A DNA stretch of 64,000 nt from a virus. Below, in pieces: positions 57,557-64,000 of this stretch (positions are counted from its first letter, which is position 1; every line of letters starts with the position of its first letter). The position numbers and the translations under genes were made by a program. The stretch is from the IMG/VR virus record IMGVR_UViG_3300037067_017075, positions 3,916-67,915 of that record, one strand, 5' to 3'. The notes beneath the pieces are model-generated. The model was not told where the DNA came from and searched no databases. It saw nothing but the letters and a program-made list of their open reading frames with translations.

Positions 57557-59320
57557 CTACTCATAGATCGGGCGCCAGTGGATCTCGAACTCATACTCAA
57601 TGGTTTTATAGACTTTGCGGGTCGGGTCTCCGGTCCTGTCTATGGTTCCATCGTCTATTGTGAAGCTCTTGGTCTGAGGGACGGGCCAGCCACCGGCAAA
57701 CGACACCGTGACCGAATGAGACCCCGGACGTCCGCGGACATACCGGGCCCGTGAGTCGCCGTCGATGTCTTCCACGTCCTCGTCGACAGCCGCGATGTCT
57801 CCCCACGCCGACCAGTGTATCTGTCCGTCCCACCCGCCTACCGGCACAATGCTGCCGTCAGCTTTTTTCCCGAGGACCCTGAGCGTCCCCCGCACGTACC
57901 CGTCCGCACCCCAGTAGGGAAGCTCCACCAGCTCGTAGGCTCCGTACACGATAACCAGATATTCGCCGGTAACTCCATTGACCTCGACCACGCAGTTCCG
58001 GCGGCCCACCACTTCGTACTCCACCGGCCCGCGGTGCAGATAGTTGTCCCTGATGTGCAGGTCCGGGTTGGCGTCGCTGGCAAGCGGCGGTCCCCACGAG
58101 CCCTCCCGGTGCAGCGTTTGCCAGGCGCCGTAGGTTATCGAGTGGCCCGCCGGCGTGGTGTCCGGCGATGCTGCGTCGGCCGGGGTGGACGTCGACTCTG
58201 TCTTGATGGAGGTGGTAATCTCCACCTTGCAGTTTTCCTGCCCTGCATCGCACAGGATAACCGTTTTCCCTGGGGTCTGAGACCGGAACGTGAACGCGGC
58301 GCACCCGCCTGCCCGGTACGTCACGTAGACCAGGCTAACCCTGTCCGGCAGGGAGGTGCCGAGCGTGATGGTCTTGCCGTCGAACGACCCGCCGGTATAG
58401 TAGTTTTTAAGAAAACTGGCTGTGCGGTCAATGATCACCGAAATCACCTCGGAGATGGCGTTTGCCACGCCGACGGTGATCTCGTCGCTCGACCATTGTT
58501 CCTCGGCCTCTATCGTCTCGGTGGTCGTCAGGGCGCTTCCGCTCTGGAGGCTTCCCGGTCCGGAGAAGATCTCGGCGGTTACCACCGTCCCGTCGGCCAC
58601 CGGCAGCCCGTCCGGCGTCAGCACGCAGGCCACGATCTGCGACGGCGTAATCAGGTCGATGGAGGCCGGGTCGGCCCGCGCCGTGATTGACCCTATGCCG
58701 GGATCTGCGATTATGATGATGAGCGTGGCGCTCTGGCCCATCCACGTCCCGGTGACGGTGGCGTATCCGCCTCCCTCCGCCCGGGCGGTCAGCACCGTCT
58801 CGGCGTAGTCGTAGACCACCGGGACTTCCGCCGGCGCGATGCCGGCCAGCTGGTCCACGGAAAAACCGACGGTCTCGCACCCGTCGTAGACCACGAAGTG
58901 CGGCACGCGCTCCATATCCACCGAGGTCTCAATCTCCCGCTCGCTCCAACCGGCCACCGGGATTTCGTCGCCCTGTTCGTCGCCGACCTTCACGTACACC
59001 CTGGGGGGGTTGATGATCCAGTAACTCGTGCGGATGCGCCGCTCGTCGTACGGCGTGGACGTGTCCCGCCGGGGCAGCATCCCGGCCACGTCGCCGTTGG
59101 GATACCGGCAGCGGGCGCGGATGCGGCAGTGGTCGGTGCCGTTGGAGTTGAGCCGGCCGCTCGGGTGCGTGGCGATGTCCGACTCCAGCACGATCTTCGG
59201 CCAGCCGTCGTTCAGCGCACCCGAGTCGTCATCAGTGACCAGCACGCTGTTTTCCCCGTCGGGAAGCTCGATGCTCTCCTCGAGGTCGATGATCTTGGTT
59301 TTTTCGTCCAATCTTGACAA
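57557..59320 (-). CDS. Tail/baseplate-associated protein with Ig-like (Big) segments
   Basis: ITARADPASI, PVADGTVVT, NGTDHCRIRA Big_1-like motifs. Confidence 0.6.
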   Translation of the reverse strand: MSRLDEKTKIIDLEESIELPDGENSVLVTDDDSGALNDGWPKIVLESDIATHPSGRLNSNGTDHCRIRARCRYPNGDVAGMLPRRDTSTPYDERRIRTSYWIINPPRVYVKVGDEQGDEIPVAGWSEREIETSVDMERVPHFVVYDGCETVGFSVDQLAGIAPAEVPVVYDYAETVLTARAEGGGYATVTGTWMGQSATLIIIIADPGIGSITARADPASIDLITPSQIVACVLTPDGLPVADGTVVTAEIFSGPGSLQSGSALTTTETIEAEEQWSSDEITVGVANAISEVISVIIDRTASFLKNYYTGGSFDGKTITLGTSLPDRVSLVYVTYRAGGCAAFTFRSQTPGKTVILCDAGQENCKVEITTSIKTESTSTPADAASPDTTPAGHSITYGAWQTLHREGSWGPPLASDANPDLHIRDNYLHRGPVEYEVVGRRNCVVEVNGVTGEYLVIVYGAYELVELPYWGADGYVRGTLRVLGKKADGSIVPVGGWDGQIHWSAWGDIAAVDEDVEDIDGDSRARYVRGRPGSHSVTVSFAGGWPVPQTKSFTIDDGTIDRTGDPTRKVYKTIEYEFEIHWRPIYE

Positions 59321-59382
59321 TGTCGCCTCCGGCGACGATTAGAAATTGTCATTGCCAGGACATGCGGCAACCAGCCACGCAC

Positions 59383-59567
59383 TTCACCGTCATTGCCGCA
59401 ATCCCCGGATTAACCCCGTAATCGCCTTCACCCGTAGGGGCACCATATATGGTGCCCGCCGCGGCCCCGCCGCATTGATATCTCCCTGCGTTCGCCGGGG
59501 CCCCACTCGTTAGAGTGGGGTGGCGCCTCCCTCACTCGTGCGAATCCTGATTCGCACGAAGTTCTAC
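59383..59567. repeat. Composite of family A (59383-59406, +, hairpin deleted), family B (59431-59460, +) and family C (59493-59566, -) elements
   Basis: TTCACCGTCATTGCCGCAATCCCC; CCCGTAG-GGGCACCAT AT ATGGTGCCC; TAG AACT TCGTGCGAAT CAGG ATTCGCACGA GTGAG GGAGG CGCC A CCCCACTC TAAC GAGTGGGG CCCC GGCG. Confidence 0.88.
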
Positions 59568-61570
59568 TCGATCACCCACTCCCGATACCGCACCGAAAGG
59601 TCCAGCCCCCGCGCGCTGCGCACCACCGCGCCGTCGGCCCCGGCCAGCGTCTGCAGCACGCTCATCGGGTACTCTCCCTCGATCACCAGCAGCCCGCCGG
59701 GGATCGTGAAGTCGGCCGCAAGGTAGTTTTCGATTTCCAGCGTCAGCCCGCAGTCACCGGCTATCCGCCGCATCAGCGCCAGCCGCGTCGTGGTGGCCAC
59801 CACCTCGGTGATCTTTTCGGCGTACGGCATGAACAACCGCGCCGCCTGGTTGCGGCCCCAGATCTGCCAGGTGGTGGAGTCCGGGTCCTCGCTCATCCGC
59901 AGCTCTTCCCAGAAGTAGCTGTCGTACAACGCGCCGTCCACGTAGACCTCGATCCTGGGCGTCAAAAAGCTGCTGTCGCTCCTGAGGTACAACTGCTTGA
60001 CCAGGTAAAGCGCCTCGTCGGCCACGTCTATGGTGATCTGGTTGGGCGTCCGGTCAATGTCCTCGCTGATCTCGATCCGGGTGTATTGCCGCCCTGGCCG
60101 CAGCTCGGCGCAGTCGAGATAGACCTTGACCTCGGGCGGGGCGGCGGCCGCGAACTCGCCGATGGTGTTGACCACCGACCAGTCGAAGTCGATAAAGTCC
60201 TTGCCGATCCGGTTGGAAAGGTCGAAGTCCCAGCCGACCTGCGTGCGGATGGCGTTGACGATCTCGACCGTATCCCCGCCCCATGCCGTGGGGAAGTCCT
60301 TTTCTTCAAACCCGATCTGGTTGATGAGCCTGATCTCCGGACACCCCAACTCGATCTCATAGCCCGATACCCGGGTAAATTTCATGGAACGGTTGAGCAG
60401 GTAAATCGTGCCGGCATAGACCTGTAAATTATCGACCTCGAACACGTTGGCCGCCGCGTTGGAGGCAAAGTAGATCTGCGCATAGACGTTGCTGGAAACC
60501 CAGCTTGTGTAGGTCGTCCCTATCTGGACCCATGCCGAGGATTTCCAGTAATAAAACGACACCGAGGTGCCGGAGCGGACGATCCGAAGGATCGATGTCG
60601 CCAGCGTGTCGGTAACGTAGTTTTGCTGAACATTGGCACCGTTTATCCATACCTGTTGGCGGTAGTACTGGTTCGTGGAGTTTCTGAACACCTGAAATCG
60701 CAGCCTGTCGGTATCGTCGTCTATCGCGAATAAATAAAGGTTCAGCCAGCGGGTATCTCCCGCGCCCGTGTCAAGGGTGACAATGTTAGTATTCAGCCGT
60801 ATATCGAAGTCGCCGAAAATATTGAGCGTGTTTACAAAGTCGATCGTGGCGTTTTTAGCAGCTCCGCCGCAGTTGAAAGTCACAAGATTATTTATGGCAA
60901 TCGTCGCCTGATCCCCGGTGACCTTATAAAAACACGGTTCCACCTGCTGGCCGTCAAACCCGTAACCCGCCGCAAACGGCTCGTCGGTATAGGGGTAGCC
61001 ACTGACAAACCACTGCTGTTCCCCGGTGTTCGCGCCATAGACCCCAACCCAGTCGGTCTGTTCCACAACCGCATCGTCGTCGTCATAGAGCGTGAACCTG
61101 CCCCGGTGGTCCGGCCGCATCTCGATCACCAGCCGGTAGTCGTCGGTCTGCGTGAAATCGCCGACAGATTCGGCGACGGTTCCGGTGGCCCAGCTTGCGC
61201 CGTCCCACGTGCGGATGTCGCCCGCCCGGTCTTTTACACAAAAATGCAGGCTGTCAAACCCGTTCGTCCAACACCACATCCGGCGCGTGGCGTCGAACGT
61301 CGCCTTTGCGGCGATTACCGGCTGCACCGTCCCCGCAACCACCGCGCCGAGGTAGCCCACTACCGCCTGCGCACCGAGCGTAATGGTTATCCGGTAGTTA
61401 CCGGGCAGGGCGGCCGGTGACGCGAGGATGCCCTGGGAGGTCTTTTCAATGTTGATCTGGAGGTTGCCCTCGCCCCCGCCTGCGTCGTAATACGCCCCGG
61501 TGGCCGACAGGTCCTCTTCCAACAGCAGATCTCCTGCTCCGGTCATGTTGTCCTGTAAGAAGACTTCCAT
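59564..61570 (-). CDS. Tail tip/hub protein with a lectin (ConA-like) insertion
   Basis: LRIVRSGTSVSFYY....WVQIG ConA-like motif; C-terminal gp27/Tal-like hub features. Confidence 0.6.
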   Translation of the reverse strand: MEVFLQDNMTGAGDLLLEEDLSATGAYYDAGGGEGNLQINIEKTSQGILASPAALPGNYRITITLGAQAVVGYLGAVVAGTVQPVIAAKATFDATRRMWCWTNGFDSLHFCVKDRAGDIRTWDGASWATGTVAESVGDFTQTDDYRLVIEMRPDHRGRFTLYDDDDAVVEQTDWVGVYGANTGEQQWFVSGYPYTDEPFAAGYGFDGQQVEPCFYKVTGDQATIAINNLVTFNCGGAAKNATIDFVNTLNIFGDFDIRLNTNIVTLDTGAGDTRWLNLYLFAIDDDTDRLRFQVFRNSTNQYYRQQVWINGANVQQNYVTDTLATSILRIVRSGTSVSFYYWKSSAWVQIGTTYTSWVSSNVYAQIYFASNAAANVFEVDNLQVYAGTIYLLNRSMKFTRVSGYEIELGCPEIRLINQIGFEEKDFPTAWGGDTVEIVNAIRTQVGWDFDLSNRIGKDFIDFDWSVVNTIGEFAAAAPPEVKVYLDCAELRPGRQYTRIEISEDIDRTPNQITIDVADEALYLVKQLYLRSDSSFLTPRIEVYVDGALYDSYFWEELRMSEDPDSTTWQIWGRNQAARLFMPYAEKITEVVATTTRLALMRRIAGDCGLTLEIENYLAADFTIPGGLLVIEGEYPMSVLQTLAGADGAVVRSARGLDLSVRYREWVIE

Positions 61571-61585
61571 TCTATTCCGTCACTC

Positions 61586-61641
61586 CACCGTCATTGCGAG
61601 CCGCCTTCTGGCGGCGTGGCAATCCCCGTACTGTCACCGTG
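61586..61641 (+). repeat. Family A (CGTC-type) hairpin repeat
   Basis: CACCGTCATTGCGAG-CCGCC TTCT GGCGG-CGTGGCAATCCCC GTA CTGTCACCGTG. Confidence 0.92.
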
Positions 61642-61643
61642 TC

Positions 61644-62270
61644 CTACGCTACGGCCAAACTCCGCAACCTCACACTCAACCCGCCGCTGTTGCGCGGAAG
61701 CGGAAACGGACCAACATCATTTGCCGGGATCCAGAGTTCAAAATCTCCCCCCGGCCAGTCGAATACGATAAACTGCCCGACCACCGACGCATACGCCGCT
61801 TCCGGGCTTGGGGCCAGTCCACTTCCGCCCGACCAGAGCATGGAATACGTCCCGCCGATTTCTCCGGTAGAACAGGCCATGTGCCACGTCCAGGCATTGC
61901 CGTCGGACCGCCACAAATCGTCGTTGCACGCGCCGCCCAGCGGCTCCAGCAGGTAGGTCTGCGCCGGCAGGTAGATTTTGTACCGCTTGTTGCCGGGCCA
62001 GCAGTATTCCTGAACGTCCAGGTAGATGACCTCGTCCACCGGCCCAACCGGGATCTCCGACAGATCCGCGTCCAGCACGACCACCACCTCGCCGTTCTCG
62101 TCGTTGCCGGGGTCCAGCAGGACCACCACCTCGCCGTCAACCGTGCCTTCCGGCGCCTCCAGCACAACCGTGATCTCGCCGGTTTCGTCCACAACAATCC
62201 CCGTAATTCCCGAAATTACACGCTCCCGATCACCTTCAACCCACTGCGGTTTACGTCCATCGCCTCGCAC
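61644..62270 (-). CDS. Hypothetical tail-region protein (start uncertain)
   Basis: 208 aa ORF overlapping the upstream gene by 55 bp. Confidence 0.5.
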   Translation of the reverse strand: MRGDGRKPQWVEGDRERVISGITGIVVDETGEITVVLEAPEGTVDGEVVVLLDPGNDENGEVVVVLDADLSEIPVGPVDEVIYLDVQEYCWPGNKRYKIYLPAQTYLLEPLGGACNDDLWRSDGNAWTWHMACSTGEIGGTYSMLWSGGSGLAPSPEAAYASVVGQFIVFDWPGGDFELWIPANDVGPFPLPRNSGGLSVRLRSLAVA

Positions 62271-63484
62271 GCCGCCGGGCCCACGGCCCTCACCCAGAAC
62301 CCCTTGCTCGAGCTGACGGTGCTAAACGTCATGGTGTCGCCCACGCCGAACGTCCCGCTGAACCCCGCGGCGTAGATCGTAAAGTAGACGCCGCTCCAGT
62401 GGACCACCGCGCAGTCCTCGGACATGTCGTGGTTGGTGACGATGGCCCCGGACCGTGTGCCGGAGATGCTGTAGTGCGTGGCGTCCAGCCACGTCACGAT
62501 AAAGTCGTCGTCAACCCCCCCGGCCTCGTCTGCCAGAATCGGGTAACCTGAGTCGTCGTAGGCCCCACCCGTGCCGGAGGTCACCACCACCGTGCCGACC
62601 GACGGCGCAAGGTCGCCCAGGGCGAGCGCCGCGGCCACCACTGTCCCGTCGGATCCGCGCCGCTCGGCCGAGCTCAGGCCCAGCTCCGTCATCGCCGCCG
62701 CCCCGCCGATGCACTGGAAGAACCGGTGATAGTAGTAGAGGTCGCGTTCGAGGTGGAGATAGCCGCCGATGGCCGACGCCGTAACGTAGCCCGACGCCGC
62801 CAGGTTGATGGTGGCCGCCACTTCGGCGGCCGTGGTCTCGGCGTCGAAATAGGCCGTCACCACGGTCTTGCCGTCAACACGGATCGACAGGTAGTCGTCC
62901 TCGGCAAACGCAAACGGCTCCAACGCCGTGCCGAGGAGAAACGCCTTCTGCTTGGTCGGGTACGCATTGGTGGTCAGTCCGTCGATGGTTACCGTGGCCC
63001 TGGTCCCGTCCCAGCTCAGGTCGGCCACCTCAAAATGCTCCCACCGGTTGATCGTGCGGTCCAGCAGAAACACCGTGTCGCCGATGTGAATGCCGTCGGC
63101 CGCCTCGAAGTCGGCCTCGAACACAGCCGACCCGGCCGCGCCGGACGCCGCCAGCTCTCCACTGCCGAACCAGTCTTCGGCGGCATAGCCCGATGCGGCG
63201 TACCAGACGTCGGTGGGCGTACCCCCGGCTATCCGCAGCCGGTCGCCCGCCTCGGTCGGGCGGCTGTTGATGAGCCAGCCGTTGGTGAACGGGTTGGTCG
63301 TCTCCTTCTTAGCGAACCCCTTGCCGATCCAGTCCCATCCGGCAACGCGGTCGGTTTCTCCGATGTCCGGGTAAAAGTTTGCCGGCACGCCGGACTTAAT
63401 GTCGTCATCGGTCAGTATCCCGCCGCAGCTTCCGCCCTGGGTCGCCACCGCCGCCTTTTTGAGTTTTATCACCGGAAGAGCCAT
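62216..63484 (-). CDS. Minor tail/baseplate structural protein
   Basis: N.YPDI...DR.AG, TAAEVAATIN, SGTF.VGDT.TF.T motifs typical of virion proteins. Confidence 0.6.
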   Translation of the reverse strand: MALPVIKLKKAAVATQGGSCGGILTDDDIKSGVPANFYPDIGETDRVAGWDWIGKGFAKKETTNPFTNGWLINSRPTEAGDRLRIAGGTPTDVWYAASGYAAEDWFGSGELAASGAAGSAVFEADFEAADGIHIGDTVFLLDRTINRWEHFEVADLSWDGTRATVTIDGLTTNAYPTKQKAFLLGTALEPFAFAEDDYLSIRVDGKTVVTAYFDAETTAAEVAATINLAASGYVTASAIGGYLHLERDLYYYHRFFQCIGGAAAMTELGLSSAERRGSDGTVVAAALALGDLAPSVGTVVVTSGTGGAYDDSGYPILADEAGGVDDDFIVTWLDATHYSISGTRSGAIVTNHDMSEDCAVVHWSGVYFTIYAAGFSGTFGVGDTMTFSTVSSSKGFWVRAVGPAACEAMDVNRSGLKVIGSV

Positions 63485-63488
63485 ACTA

Positions 63489-63586
63489 TTCACCGTCATT
63501 GCGAGGCCGTCGCAGACGGCCGTGGCAATCCCCTTACTGTCACCAAGAACGTGGATATACCCGTAGGGGCGGCATGGCCGCCCGCC
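63489..63586 (+). repeat. Family A repeat (63489-63544) next to a family B GTAG palindrome (63560-63586)
   Basis: TTCACCGTCATTGCGAG-GCCGTC GCA GACGGC-CGTGGCAATCCCC TTA CTGTCACC; CCCGTAG-GGGCGGC ATG GCCGCCC. Confidence 0.9.
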
Positions 63587-63595
63587 ATTGAATCG

Positions 63596-64000
63596 TTAGA
63601 CGCGAAGTAAATAAACCGTCCCCCGCATCACCTGCTTGTAGTACCCATCGAGGTACTGCTGGTCCAGCGGCTCGCGTGACCAGTCCGGAACCACGGAATG
63701 CTTCGTGGTCCCGTCGTCGTCGGAAAATTCGAGCGCCACGCCCTCGGCCATCATCGCCGCCAGCTTGGCCGCCTCTTCCACAAACATCAGCCCGTGGCGG
63801 TCGTCGCCCTCGAGGGTGACAGGCATCCCGGCGGTCAGCCGCGCAAACGACTGCACCACCACCCCGCCGCCCACCGTCCGGTGGACCGACCCCTGCCGCT
63901 GGACCCCTACGTGCTTTTCCCGCCACATGGGCGCGGAAAGAAAGTACGCACGGTCCGCCTCAGCCGCGCCCGGGCGGCTTATGTAGGTCTCGGATTTTTG
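63596..64000 (-). CDS. Distal-tail-like protein, 5' end outside the window
   Basis: Frame open from 64000; RTVGG.VVVQ...G.PVTL motif. Confidence 0.55.
   Translation of the reverse strand, partial: QKSETYISRPGAAEADRAYFLSAPMWREKHVGVQRQGSVHRTVGGGVVVQSFARLTAGMPVTLEGDDRHGLMFVEEAAKLAAMMAEGVALEFSDDDGTTKHSVVPDWSREPLDQQYLDGYYKQVMRGTVYLLRV

Noticed and set aside
57557-63484. Diversity-generating retroelement or invertible tail cassette
   Set aside because: No reverse transcriptase, TR/VR pair or inverted recombination sites around the tail genes were noticed.
3448-63544. Dispersed repeats as a CRISPR array or integron attC sites
   Set aside because: They are not regularly spaced, no cas genes are present, and no GTTRRRY/RYYYAAC cores were seen.

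Overview
The window holds most of a circularly permuted, GC-rich tailed phage genome (Caudoviricetes, probably siphovirus-like). The host is probably a Gram-negative bacterium, inferred from the SSB, LpxD-like gene and spanin-like lipoprotein. The minus-strand late operon begins at a sigma70 promoter near 14.75 kb and runs through HNH, terminase, portal, scaffold/protease, N4-gp56-like capsid, three glycosyltransferases, adaptor, tail tube and a frameshifted tail chaperone. It leaves the window at 1 and apparently re-enters at 64000 (tape measure not in window) with tail-tip genes, lysis genes and a second sugar-modification cluster. A minus-strand middle operon (24.4-14.8 kb) carries Cro-like HTH, an Acb2/Tad1-like protein, DnaB, AAA ATPase, two DNA methyltransferases and RuvC. 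After a ~1 kb palindrome-rich non-coding region and divergent promoters, a plus-strand arm (26-52 kb) holds many small ORFs plus a ParB-like protein, ankyrin protein, tyrosine recombinase, SpoU, SSB, DUF5131, M23 peptidase, a 3.4 kb IS1-family cargo element and a Dam-like MTase. The most unusual signals are: (i) three families of dispersed, covarying hairpin elements at gene junctions, one starting at TAG stop codons and one supplying Shine-Dalgarno sequences to late genes; (ii) a strand-specific GTATC cluster in and downstream of the ParB-like gene; (iii) a C5 methyltransferase split over two overlapping reading frames with repeated MLPTP modules; (iv) eight candidate glycan-modifying enzymes, seven of them within the late operon. 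Product calls come from motif recognition by eye; no searches were run.
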